Source of the DNA: an uncultured Patescibacteria group bacterium
Lineage (GTDB): Bacteria; Patescibacteriota; Minisyncoccia; Phycocordibacterales; UBA918
DNA length: 64,000 bases
Direction: 5' to 3'
NCBI GenBank assembly: GCA_934699595.1
Contig: CAKUWT010000001.1
Location: forward strand, 135,839-199,838
The position numbers and the translations under genes were made by a program. Within the stretch, counting starts at the first letter, position 1. Each line of letters opens with the position of its first letter. This document shows positions 1 to 8,856 of the stretch, in pieces. The notes under the pieces are model-generated. The model saw only the letters and a list, made by a program, of their open reading frames with translations. It had not been told where the DNA came from and did no database searches.

Positions 1-298
1 ATCCCAGCTGTCCCGAGCGGTGGAACAACGCGGTGGTAAACCACGCTTATCCGACCTTCGTGACTCCGGCTCTATTGAGCAAGATGCTGACGTAGTGATG
101 TTTATTCACCGTGAAGATAAAGCCAACAAAGATGTCCCTGCGGAGCGTCCGAATATCGCGGAAATACTAGTGGAAAAACATCGTAACGGCCCTGTCGGCG
201 TGGCCGAGCTTTACTTTGACGGCCAGCACGTACGCTTCCTCAATCTTGATAATAATCACGTTGAAAATTTTAGCAGCGGCGGTCATGACGATTTCTAA
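1..298 (+). CDS. dnaB: Replicative DNA helicase DnaB, C-terminal fragment (5' end lies outside the window)
   Basis: The translation [24 protein letters not shown]...[10 protein letters not shown] matches the conserved C-terminal RecA-like region of DnaB. The frame is open to the window edge. Confidence 0.8.
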   Translation, partial: SQLSRAVEQRGGKPRLSDLRDSGSIEQDADVVMFIHREDKANKDVPAERPNIAEILVEKHRNGPVGVAELYFDGQHVRFLNLDNNHVENFSSGGHDDF

Positions 299-309
299 AT
301 ATTCTACAC

Positions 310-933
310 ATGTCTTCTTTTGATAAATTAGTCACTTACTTTGAAAAGTTTCCTGGAGTTGGTATCCGCCAAGCCCGACGCTTTACTTACCACTTACTTA
401 AACTACGTCCCCAAGAGATTGGAGAGATTTCTGAATTAATTAAAAACTTATCCGCCAGTGTTGGCGAATGTCACGACTGTCACCGCTTCTTTACCAAGCG
501 TTTGGCGAGTGATGTTCTTTGTGATATTTGTAGTAATCACACCCGTAACCATCAGCAGCTTTTAATCGTCGCAAACGACAGCGATATTACCGCTCTGGAG
601 CGCAGTGGTTTGTACCACGGATATTATTTTGTACTTGGCGGACTCGCACCGCTACTGGAAACAAAGAACAATAACCGCCTCCGCAGCGGTGCCCTTAAAG
701 CACTGGTGGAAAAAAAATTAGCCACAGACTTGAGAGAAGTCATCCTTGGCTTTGCCGTTAGTCCAGACGGTGAAAATACTGGCCGTTACGTACGCTCCCT
801 TCTCAATGATTACCACCGACCCACAGGGGAAGAACTTCATTTTAGTGAGTTGGGCCGTGGGTTATCTACAGGCAGCGAACTGGAGTACGCCGACCCTGAG
901 ACTTTAAAAAATGCTTTACGAAACCGTACTTAG
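310..933 (+). CDS. recR: Recombination protein RecR
   Basis: Length is 207 aa. There is an N-terminal HhH (FPGVGIRQARR), a C4 zinc finger (CHDCHRFF...CDICSN) and a Toprim-like LLIVANDSD region. Confidence 0.9.
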   Translation: MSSFDKLVTYFEKFPGVGIRQARRFTYHLLKLRPQEIGEISELIKNLSASVGECHDCHRFFTKRLASDVLCDICSNHTRNHQQLLIVANDSDITALERSGLYHGYYFVLGGLAPLLETKNNNRLRSGALKALVEKKLATDLREVILGFAVSPDGENTGRYVRSLLNDYHRPTGEELHFSELGRGLSTGSELEYADPETLKNALRNRT

Positions 934-991
934 TAGCCCGTACACGGATTAATTTAATTTGACGTAGACAATAATTGGTAACAGAATAAAT

Positions 992-1022
992 AAAAGCCTC
1001 GCTCCAAAGGACGAGGCTTTTA
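992..1022. terminator. Bidirectional hairpin terminator between convergent recR (+) and rplU (-)
   Basis: The sequence aaaaGCCTCGcTCCaaaGGACGAGGCtttt is a hairpin flanked by A- and T-tracts. Confidence 0.5.
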
Positions 1023-1040
1023 TTTAATTCTTAATTAAGA

Positions 1041-1373
1041 CTAAGTAATTTTCTCAATCTTGATCAGGGAGTACTTTTGTCGATGTCCTTGCTTACGGTT
1101 TCGGTTACTTTTAGCTTTATATCGCAGAATAGTAATCTTCGGCCCTTTGTCAGTACCCAAATAAGTAGCAGTAACCTTAGAGTCAAGATAAGGGGTGCCA
1201 ATTTTAGAGGTGCTACCATTATCAGTCATCAGTACCGTATCAAACGTCAAGCTATCACCCTCCTTATAATCACCAAGAAGCTCTACCTGCATAGTGTCAC
1301 CTTCATGGGCTAAATACTGTTTTCCACCAGTTTCAATGACTGCAAAAGCTTTGTTTTCTGTAGTTGTTGCCAT
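1041..1373 (-). CDS. rplU: 50S ribosomal protein L21
   Basis: FAVIETGGKQY...KITILRYKAKSNRNRKQGHRQ is the L21 signature. I chose the internal start MATTTENK at 1373 because a TTGCAA-N16-TATAAT promoter sits immediately upstream on the minus strand (about 1389-1428). Confidence 0.85.
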   Translation of the reverse strand: MATTTENKAFAVIETGGKQYLAHEGDTMQVELLGDYKEGDSLTFDTVLMTDNGSTSKIGTPYLDSKVTATYLGTDKGPKITILRYKAKSNRNRKQGHRQKYSLIKIEKIT

Positions 1374-1468
1374 AGTACGTGCCATTATACAAAAAAGCTT
1401 GAAAATTGCAAGATAACAGAGTACTCTGGCTTTAGATTGTAAAACCACATCACAAAAGGAGTCCCGAC

Positions 1469-1849
1469 ATGGCCACCTTGCCCGCAATACCAGTCTCTCA
1501 GCAATTTGGCATCATCATCGTTGGCGACCGTAAATTGCTGGGGTCGATGTCGAAGTTGGTTAAAATTGCCAACCAGTACAATCCTGGTCAAAGTAATGAA
1601 CGTGCCACGATCACCTTCAAGTATGTGGAGCCAAACCGAGTCACCGGCTTGGTCACGTTCGAGAATTATCTCAGTTTGACAATTCATCCCAAGGACGGGC
1701 TCTGTCTCTACTTTAGAATCTTTCGATCGGCACACAAGGGTGTTACCCTGGCCGAACTTCAGAAGTTGAGTGAGAGTATCGTAGTTGCCAGTCGAGGAGC
1801 CGTCAACAAAGTTGAACCCCACCAGGCTGGGTACTACTTCCATGTCTAA
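1469..1849 (+). CDS. Hypothetical protein (126 aa)
   Basis: A strong SD (AAAGGAG) sits 7 nt upstream of the ATG, and an intrinsic terminator hairpin lies just after the stop. This ORF competes with the antisense ORF 1385..1855. Confidence 0.4.
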   Translation: MATLPAIPVSQQFGIIIVGDRKLLGSMSKLVKIANQYNPGQSNERATITFKYVEPNRVTGLVTFENYLSLTIHPKDGLCLYFRIFRSAHKGVTLAELQKLSESIVVASRGAVNKVEPHQAGYYFHV

Positions 1850-1877
1850 GCGCACGACTCAAACTTGCGCATCATAA

Positions 1878-1908
1878 GGGCGTCAGCTTGCTGACGCCCT
1901 TTCTCATT
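1878..1908 (+). terminator. Rho-independent terminator
   Basis: GGGCGTCAGC-ttg-CTGACGCCC is followed by tttctcatt. Confidence 0.5.
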
Positions 1909-1912
1909 CCCA

Positions 1913-3031
1913 CTACTCATCTTTAACTGGCCGATCCAATACCAATACCTCGTGCCCAATCCCCTCCTCAGCAATTTTGAGAATATCTTTGTCGATCTTG
2001 CCCAACTCTTTATTGGCATTATTGTAATGATTAACCGTGGTGCCGAGTGTATTACCCAGCTTCACAAAGTATTCATTATAGGCTTGCAAGTGACGGGAAA
2101 GTTTCTCCACATTTTTCTGAATTTCCTTGGCCCCCTCCTCCACTTGAAAAGCCCGAAAACCATACAGTACTGATTGTAAATAAGCAGCAAAAGTCGTCGG
2201 TGAGACGATGATGACGTTTTTGTCACGGTAAGCATAGTCAATCAGAGAGCGCGTATTTACTTTGACCGAACCAACCTCATTGACCAACAGGTCATAATAA
2301 ATGGCCTCAGCCGGAATATACATAAAGGCAAACGGCAGTGTGCCTTCGTTTGGGCGAATGTATTTAGCAGTTTCGTCAATCCGTTTCTTAAGATCATTCT
2401 TAAAATCTTTTTCCAGTTGGACTTTTTCAATATCATCTTGACTATCCACTAAACGGCGATAGTTATCCAAAGAAAACTTGGCATCCACGGGAATGAGGCC
2501 GTCCTTAGTTTCAATAACTGCATCCACGGCTTCACCATTAGTAAAACTGTGTTGCAACCGGTAAGAACCGGCCGGCAACATATTTTCTAAGGCCAATTGT
2601 AAGGAAGCTTCACCCAAATTCCCCCGCTGCTTTTGATGCTTAAGGACTTTTTCCAGATTTTGCAACTGCTCAGCGATGGTGAAGACCTGTTTAGAGCTTT
2701 CACTGACTTCAGAAACATTCTTCTGTACAAACAGAAGCTTTTCATTAACGCTTTCTTGGATGGAGCGAATTTGTTCACCTACATCTTTATTGATTTGCTG
2801 CATCAGTTCACGACTTTCTCGGAACTGATTCTGGCTACCTTGCTGAGAAAGTTTAGAGGCTTCGCTCATTTGCTCCTGCACCGTACGAGACAACTCTTGA
2901 ATCTGTTGTTGCATAAGTAACATACTCTCAGACTCAGCTGGCTTAGCCTGGCTATTCTTAGTGACTTGATAGACCAGAAATAACACCACTACCACCAAAG
3001 CACCGAGTACCACTAAAATTAAAGTTTCCAT
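1913..3031 (-). CDS. rmuC: DNA recombination protein RmuC
   Basis: There is an N-terminal TM helix and a long coiled-coil Q/E-rich region. The conserved RmuC C-terminal domain is present (VDAKFSLDNY...FAFMYIPAEAIYYD...VIIVSPTTFAAYLQ). Confidence 0.85.
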   Translation of the reverse strand: METLILVVLGALVVVVLFLVYQVTKNSQAKPAESESMLLMQQQIQELSRTVQEQMSEASKLSQQGSQNQFRESRELMQQINKDVGEQIRSIQESVNEKLLFVQKNVSEVSESSKQVFTIAEQLQNLEKVLKHQKQRGNLGEASLQLALENMLPAGSYRLQHSFTNGEAVDAVIETKDGLIPVDAKFSLDNYRRLVDSQDDIEKVQLEKDFKNDLKKRIDETAKYIRPNEGTLPFAFMYIPAEAIYYDLLVNEVGSVKVNTRSLIDYAYRDKNVIIVSPTTFAAYLQSVLYGFRAFQVEEGAKEIQKNVEKLSRHLQAYNEYFVKLGNTLGTTVNHYNNANKELGKIDKDILKIAEEGIGHEVLVLDRPVKDE

Positions 3032-3090
3032 AATTAGTCCATTTTAGCACAAGCTGTGCTAAACTATTTTAACCTAAATAAATCATCATT

Positions 3091-3546
3091 ATGCCTAAAC
3101 ATGAGGAACTAAAAAGCAGCTTAAAGGATGCTCTCAAAAATAAAGAAGTGGTAAGATTGCGGGTAATCCGCAGCATTCTAACAGCCCTTACCAACGAATT
3201 GGTGAGCCAAGGTAAAAAACCACAGGAAATATTGAGTGACAATGATGTCTTAAAAGTGATTAAACGCTTAGCTAAACAGCGCCAAGATTCAATTACTCAA
3301 TTTGCGGCGGGCGGACGAGCAGATTTGGCCGAAATTGAAAAAGAAGAGTTAGCAGTGCTAAATACTTACTTGCCACAAATGATGAGTCTTGAAGAAATTC
3401 GACCAATCGTAACCGCCAAAAAGATAGAGCTCGGCATCGAGGATAAGGGTAAATTAGGACAGCTAATCGGTGCTGTCTTGAAAGAATTACAGGGCCAAGC
3501 TGATGGACAAGATGTTAAAACTGCAGTAGAAGAACTCTTTAACTAA
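3091..3546 (+). CDS. GatB/YqeY domain-containing protein
   Basis: Length is 151 aa. The YqeY-like motifs LKDALKNKE...RLRVIRSIL...QFAAGGRADLAEIEKEELAVLNTYLP are present. Confidence 0.8.
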   Translation: MPKHEELKSSLKDALKNKEVVRLRVIRSILTALTNELVSQGKKPQEILSDNDVLKVIKRLAKQRQDSITQFAAGGRADLAEIEKEELAVLNTYLPQMMSLEEIRPIVTAKKIELGIEDKGKLGQLIGAVLKELQGQADGQDVKTAVEELFN

Positions 3547-3649
3547 ATACTGAAGGGTCGCTTCGTGAGACGGCGGCAACAAAAATAGTGGGCGGAACCA
3601 AAGGTTCCGCCCACTATTTTCTCTCCACCCTCTTTTCTACACCAAAATA

Positions 3650-4243
3650 CTAAATTCCTCGCTTTCCCAACTGCTCTACTTCTCGCAACCAACTTTGTCG
3701 TTTTTTGTCAGACACTTTCTGGACCGGCCCTAACGATGTGACGTTAGTACGGATTCCAGCAAATTCTAAAATGGCGTACTGGATCTCATTAGTATAATCC
3801 CCATAATTCCACCAAGCCATAAACGGATGATAGGAGCCAGACAAAATAATCACTCGTGCCGTTCTGCCAGCAAGCAGGCGGTCGGTCTTATTGGTATCAG
3901 CGCGATTAATAAAAGCAAAGCCAGACAGCCAAATACGGTCAAATAATCCTTTTAAGATTGCTGGCATGGCACACCACCAGTTCGGGTAAACGATCACCAA
4001 ATGATCACTATTCTTAATCGCTTCTTGCACTACCACCAAGTCTGACTCTAACAACTGCTCCTCGTTGTAGCCCTTACGCAACACTGGGTCAAACTCTAAC
4101 TCACCCACATTTACCTGAGTTACGTCATGTCCTGCTTCAGTAGCAGCAGCAGCATAATGTTTTGCTACTAAGCCAGTAAACGATTCTATGTCTGGATGAC
4201 CACAGATGACCAAAATCTTTTTAATCATAACTCTCGATATCAT
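3650..4243 (-). CDS. NAD(P)H-dependent oxidoreductase, flavodoxin-like fold (NQO1/MdaB-like)
   Basis: KILVICGHP...SFTG...VIVYPNWWCAMPAILKGLFDRIW is typical of the Flavodoxin_2 / NAD(P)H dehydrogenase (quinone) family. The start may instead be the internal MIKKIL at 4228. Confidence 0.7.
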   Translation of the reverse strand: MISRVMIKKILVICGHPDIESFTGLVAKHYAAAATEAGHDVTQVNVGELEFDPVLRKGYNEEQLLESDLVVVQEAIKNSDHLVIVYPNWWCAMPAILKGLFDRIWLSGFAFINRADTNKTDRLLAGRTARVIILSGSYHPFMAWWNYGDYTNEIQYAILEFAGIRTNVTSLGPVQKVSDKKRQSWLREVEQLGKRGI

Positions 4244-4290
4244 ACATCATCGTAGGACATTAGAAACTAGCCGCTTGTTAATTGGAAAAG

Positions 4291-4325
4291 CAGCCGGGCC
4301 ACCTTCGTGGCCCGGCTGGTTTTTA
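4291..4325. terminator. Hairpin terminator downstream of the minus-strand gene 4343..4657
   Basis: CAGCCGGGCCAC-cttc-GTGGCCCGGCTG is followed by a T-run. Confidence 0.5.
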
Positions 4326-4342
4326 CCCATATTCTTTCACCC

Positions 4343-4657
4343 TTATTGTCGCAGGCTACCGTCCGGATTAAACCGCCCAGCCGAACCCATTTGCATCTTC
4401 ATGAATTGCTCACGAGTTTCTGGACTCATAGCGGCCATGATCTCTTTTTGATACTTCGGCAACACCTTCATCGCGGCCTTCATTTGGTCGTTACCATTAG
4501 TTTTTAACTCCGCCTGAATTTCTTTGGCGATAGTCTCAAATAACTTTGGATCCTTCTCCAACATCTCCATAATCATCGCCTTTTGCTCTGGCGGTACATT
4601 CTTCATCTGAGAATCTACCAATTTCTTGATAGCAAAATTTTTTACTTTTCCAAACAT
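4343..4657 (-). CDS. Hypothetical small Lys/Met-rich helical protein (104 aa)
   Basis: Clean ORF with protein-like composition and its own terminator. I recognise no family. Confidence 0.5.
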   Translation of the reverse strand: MFGKVKNFAIKKLVDSQMKNVPPEQKAMIMEMLEKDPKLFETIAKEIQAELKTNGNDQMKAAMKVLPKYQKEIMAAMSPETREQFMKMQMGSAGRFNPDGSLRQ

Positions 4658-4755
4658 ACTGGTCTATTCTAACATAAGTTATTTTTAATTCTAAAACTTG
4701 ATTTATTTTAAAAATATGTTTAAATAGTGACAGATTACTTTTGGGAGGGTCTAGA

Positions 4756-4983
4756 ATGACCAAGGAGGAAGAACAGCTACATTGCGATTTTCATCACTGG
4801 TGTTCTACAAACAAGATTCCGATACAGGATAGATTTCGTCGCCTGGAGGGACACTTGGCTGATTTCTACATTGAGAAGAACGTCCCCTTCTCATCGTTTT
4901 CTTTAGCCGCAGATGTGCGGTTGTTACGATCGATTGCCGCCAGGAATCGATCAAAAAAGAGCGCGCGCATCAAAGCGGTTTGA
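4756..4983 (+). CDS. Hypothetical small protein (75 aa) with Cys/His cluster HCDFHHWC
   Basis: A GGGAGGG SD sits 8 nt upstream of ATG 4756. A strong intrinsic terminator follows immediately. Confidence 0.5.
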   Translation: MTKEEEQLHCDFHHWCSTNKIPIQDRFRRLEGHLADFYIEKNVPFSSFSLAADVRLLRSIAARNRSKKSARIKAV

Positions 4984-5002
4984 AATCCAAAACGGTAACC
5001 CA

Positions 5003-5031
5003 CCTGGGCCACTCTGTGGCCCAGGTTTTTT
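5003..5031 (+). terminator. Rho-independent terminator
   Basis: CCTGGGCCAC-tctg-TGGCCCAGG followed by tttttt. Confidence 0.6.
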
Positions 5032-5061
5032 GTCCCTATTTTTTATTCACAATAAATAAAC

Positions 5062-5802
5062 TTAGTCCTCCAGCCACCTTGGTATCACCCGTTCGCCACG
5101 TACCGCAATTTTATCCGCCTCTTCAATGCGAAACTCTCCCACCTGCGTCCGACGAAGATTTTGCAACACTGCTGGATAGCCAAGACGCCTCCCTAACTCT
5201 TTAGCCAGCGAACGAACGTAAGTACCGCTACCTACTCGGAAGCGTATCGTCACCACCATCAAAGCTTCTGTTTGATGATACTCCACTCGCATCAGCTCCG
5301 CTTCTTCCACTCGCATCAGCCGCTTTGGTAATTCTGCCTCGCTCAACATCTCTCCTTTGGCCAACGCTCGTCGAGCGCGCTGATAATAAGTCACCCCGTC
5401 TTTTTTAATGGCACTAAAAGCTGAGACTGTTAGCTCCGTCTCCCCGACCAAAGAAGTCAGTGCTTTAACAATCTCTCCATCCTCCAACTTTGGCACGGCT
5501 ACTTTCTCAGTGATTTCTCCCTCCATATCGTCAGTAGTACGCGCTTCACCAATTCTAATCTCTGCCAGATATTCCTTATCAAGCTTGATCAGCTCAGTTA
5601 ATTTCTTAGTCCCTGGTCCAACCCCAAGAATCATCAATCCCGTTGCCAACGGATCCAACGTACCCGCATGCCCCACCTTCCTTACACCTAACTGTCTACG
5701 TAAACTAGCCACTACTGCAAACGAGGTCACGCCGTACGGTTTATCCAGTAGATAAATCTCTTTTATTTCTGGTTTTTCTTTTCTCGCTTCCATACTAATC
5801 AC
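5062..5802 (-). CDS. truB: tRNA pseudouridine(55) synthase TruB
   Basis: KPYGVTSFAVV...GHAGTLDPLATGLMILGVGPGTKK is the TruB catalytic motif with the Asp in GTLDP. Confidence 0.9.
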   Translation of the reverse strand: MISMEARKEKPEIKEIYLLDKPYGVTSFAVVASLRRQLGVRKVGHAGTLDPLATGLMILGVGPGTKKLTELIKLDKEYLAEIRIGEARTTDDMEGEITEKVAVPKLEDGEIVKALTSLVGETELTVSAFSAIKKDGVTYYQRARRALAKGEMLSEAELPKRLMRVEEAELMRVEYHQTEALMVVTIRFRVGSGTYVRSLAKELGRRLGYPAVLQNLRRTQVGEFRIEEADKIAVRGERVIPRWLED

Positions 5803-6302
5803 TAAATTTTATCAACGCGACAATGCTGACAAGCCCCCACTTCACTATGTTCTCGTTGCCACTTTTGCAAAACCGCAATAGACGTGCCTCTAGTACGTTC
5901 GTGATGGCGCAAACTTTGCAGTCGTACTTGGTAGTCTGGCATAATTTTAGCCACCTCTGCCCAGTACTGTGGTGAATGATTGAGTTCTCGTAGATGGCAC
6001 AGTTCATGCACAATAATGTACTCGCGCAGGCAAATAGGCAGAAATAACAATTTATAACTAAAGTTAAGATTACCCAAAGATGAGCAACTGCCCCAACTAC
6101 GTTTTTGATTTCGGATGGCGATGCGTCCGTAGGTAAATCCTTCACGAGCGGCAAGATTTGCCACCTCTGCCACAATCACCCGCTTCGCTTCTGACTTATA
6201 CCGCTGATAAGCCTGCGCGCTTGGCGACAGCCGTCGCGATTTCTTGGCCCTCTTGGCTACCCCACCTCTAGTAGACCGCCGTCCTGTCAAAAAACCCAAC
6301 AT
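5802..6302 (-). CDS. YgjP-like metal-dependent hydrolase (DUF45, SprT/M48-like HExxH)
   Basis: YIIVHELCHLRELNHS carries the HExxH...H motif of the DUF45 family. The basic N-terminus overlaps the truB start by 1 nt. Confidence 0.7.
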   Translation of the reverse strand: MLGFLTGRRSTRGGVAKRAKKSRRLSPSAQAYQRYKSEAKRVIVAEVANLAAREGFTYGRIAIRNQKRSWGSCSSLGNLNFSYKLLFLPICLREYIIVHELCHLRELNHSPQYWAEVAKIMPDYQVRLQSLRHHERTRGTSIAVLQKWQREHSEVGACQHCRVDKI

Positions 6303-6328
6303 TACCCAGTTTTGTTTATTAAACCAAC

Positions 6329-8032
6329 CTAAGCTTTATCCGCTAGCAAAATCGCTAGCCGTAGCAGACGTAGAGTTTCATAGTCATACTCACCCTCTGT
6401 CGCTTCATACAAAGGTTTAAGTTTTTCCAGTCCAGTCTCCACTCCGGCGGCTACCTGACGCACCTTCTCCACATCAATTTTTTCAATTCCTAACTCTTCC
6501 ACCAATGGCCACACTTCCACCACATCTAGACTGTCACTCGCCAACAACTGCTCTACATGTCCAACAATGGTAGACATCGCCAAGTTGCGCACTTTAGCCA
6601 CCTCTCTGATGCTCTTCCCCTCTTTAAGTAAATACAAAGTCTGTTCAGTGGTGCTTTCTTTTTTGATACGCTCGGCCGGGGCCGCGCTCTCAATCGGTGT
6701 ATCTTTATCAATAAACTTCCCACCTTTAGAGATCACAAATTGTTTCTGCAAAGCTACCAACTCCTCTTCAGCCATTTCTTGAAAAGTCTCCTCGGCTGAT
6801 TCACTCTCCTCACGGAAACCAGCGTCGCGACGTCGTACTTCTGGATCGACCTGGAGAGCATTTGGATGCATACCCAACACTTTCAACCCCGCTAAAGACC
6901 GCACTCGCGATAGTGCCACATAACCCTGTCCAAACACAAAAGCCTTAGACAAATCAATCTCAGCCGCGTCCAAACTCATTCCTTGACTTTTATGCACCGT
7001 CACTGCCCATGCCAAGCGTAGTGGCACCTGCTCAATACTGGCCATCACCTTACCGTCCTCCATCATTTCCCAACTCTGCGGTTTAATGGTCAGTTTTCTT
7101 TTGTCAGTCGTTTCAATTACTGGCCAGTTGTCGGTTCCGGAAAAACCCACCACTCGTGCCATAGTGCCATTCACATAACCTTCTTCAAAATTATTCTTAG
7201 TGCACATCACCATTGCCCCTTCTTTCAGCACCAGACGTTCAGGTGACAAACATTGCTTGGTCAACGACTCCACCCGCGCCTTAGCTCCACGACCAGACAT
7301 CTTAAAAGTGCGTCCCGTACCAGGTAAGGACTTAAGATGACTTTCATTGACGCTATCTACATCAGCGTTGTGTGTATAAAGACGTGTCGGCTCAATACCT
7401 TCATACTCAATTTCAGTCTGCTCATTCAACAAAGTAAAATGATCCTCCTCAATCTCACCGCTGCGGATGGCGGATAGGAGTGATAGCAGTAACTCATCTT
7501 CTTGTCGGTGTTGCTCACCCAGGTAGCAAATTAGCGGCCGCATCCGCTCCCAGGTATGGCTTTGAAAAGCGTAGCGCTTAATCTCACCGTGACGGGCGAT
7601 TGGCGGTAACTGGAAAAAATCCCCCACCAAAACTACTTGCAGACCGCCAAAAGCCTCGTCACGGTTACGGATAGTCCGACAAATTAGCTCCACCAAATCT
7701 AAACTCTTGCCATCTAACATCGAGATTTCGTCAATCACCAAGACATCAGTTTTTTTAATTCGCTTCATCAGCTTCTCACGGCCAGTAATCGTCTCCAGCT
7801 CACCTCGCGTCAAGTCATTCTTAATACCCAAGCCACTCCAGGAATGAATCGTCATGCCGCCAAGATGTGTAGCTGCGATCCCGGTCGAAGCGGTCACCGC
7901 TACCGTCAAGCCGGTGGCTTCCAGCCAGGCAATGTACTCATTGATCACATAAGTTTTTCCCGCCCCCGGCTCACCCGTTAAGAAGACATTAGCCCCAGTT
8001 TTGAGAATTTCTAAAGCCTGCGATTGAATCAT
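6329..8032 (-). CDS. PIF1/RecD-like ATP-dependent DNA helicase with C-terminal HTH domain
   Basis: Walker A GEPGAGKT, VLVIDEISML and VGDFFQLPP (Pif1/RecD family) are present. The C-terminal region is sigma-70 region 4-like. Confidence 0.8.
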   Translation of the reverse strand: MIQSQALEILKTGANVFLTGEPGAGKTYVINEYIAWLEATGLTVAVTASTGIAATHLGGMTIHSWSGLGIKNDLTRGELETITGREKLMKRIKKTDVLVIDEISMLDGKSLDLVELICRTIRNRDEAFGGLQVVLVGDFFQLPPIARHGEIKRYAFQSHTWERMRPLICYLGEQHRQEDELLLSLLSAIRSGEIEEDHFTLLNEQTEIEYEGIEPTRLYTHNADVDSVNESHLKSLPGTGRTFKMSGRGAKARVESLTKQCLSPERLVLKEGAMVMCTKNNFEEGYVNGTMARVVGFSGTDNWPVIETTDKRKLTIKPQSWEMMEDGKVMASIEQVPLRLAWAVTVHKSQGMSLDAAEIDLSKAFVFGQGYVALSRVRSLAGLKVLGMHPNALQVDPEVRRRDAGFREESESAEETFQEMAEEELVALQKQFVISKGGKFIDKDTPIESAAPAERIKKESTTEQTLYLLKEGKSIREVAKVRNLAMSTIVGHVEQLLASDSLDVVEVWPLVEELGIEKIDVEKVRQVAAGVETGLEKLKPLYEATEGEYDYETLRLLRLAILLADKA

Positions 8033-8130
8033 AATTACCCCTCATCTTAACATGCTTACTAATTTCAGACGAAATAGACAAAAACTAGGAATTTTCTATA
8101 ATAAGACAGTTAATTAAATAGTAATCACAT

Positions 8131-8751
8131 ATGGACAATAAAAACAGCTGGCAGAATAAAGAAATCCTCACCGCTTTGGTGGTAGGAGTAATCGTTGGAG
8201 TCGGCTTTAGTCTCATTTTCAATAATAATGAGTCAAAGAGTAATCTCATTAAGGAGTATTACGAGATTGAAAACGCCGTCTCGGTTAGTCCGCACGACCT
8301 CAAGGTCACCTTGCAGCAAGGTATTATGGACAAAAACTTTATCGTGGTCGACCTCCGCTCAGCCGGTCAGTACGCTGCGGGACACATCCCAGGAGCGATT
8401 AGCGTTCCTGCCAGCTCCGAAGATGGCGAAGATAATCGTGCCCGACTGGTGGAGACTTTCCGAGGCCTGGAAGATATCAAAGGTGATCGCGACATCATTA
8501 CCTACTGTAACAGCGCCGCCTGTATGCTGAGTCGTAAAGTAGGTTTGGCATTAGCCGAAGAAGGTATCTATGTAAAACATCTCAATATCGGCTGGAATGA
8601 ATGGGAGCATTATTGGACTCTTTGGAATGGTAAAGACGGTGTTGACCCAGAGCACTTTATTGCTCGTGGTGAAGAACCGGGCGAAGCTCGCCTGGACGAC
8701 GATGAAAAAGTACTCGCTCCTTGCGCAGCTGATGCGGAGTTTAGCTGTTAA
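8131..8751 (+). CDS. Rhodanese-like domain protein with N-terminal TM helix
   Basis: FIVVDLRSAGQYAAGHIPGAISVP...ITYCNSAACMLS places the rhodanese active-site Cys in a CNSA context. Confidence 0.7.
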   Translation: MDNKNSWQNKEILTALVVGVIVGVGFSLIFNNNESKSNLIKEYYEIENAVSVSPHDLKVTLQQGIMDKNFIVVDLRSAGQYAAGHIPGAISVPASSEDGEDNRARLVETFRGLEDIKGDRDIITYCNSAACMLSRKVGLALAEEGIYVKHLNIGWNEWEHYWTLWNGKDGVDPEHFIARGEEPGEARLDDDEKVLAPCAADAEFSC

Positions 8752-8775
8752 TGTTGTAGCAAGTTTTAAAAAAAT

Positions 8776-8811
8776 AAACGACGGACTCAAAAAGTCCGTT
8801 GTTTATTTTTT
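8776..8811 (+). terminator. Rho-independent terminator
   Basis: AAACGACGGAC-tcaaaaa-GTCCGTTGTTT followed by atttttt. Confidence 0.55.
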
Positions 8812-8856
8812 ACCTTTGTGAATAAACTATCATCATCTGCTTGACAATAGGTTAAA

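Noticed and set aside
1385-1855. 156-aa minus-strand ORF abutting rplU
   Set aside because: Not fully rejected. It lacks an SD, and the rplU promoter lies inside its 3' end. The overlapping plus-strand ORF has an SD and a terminator.
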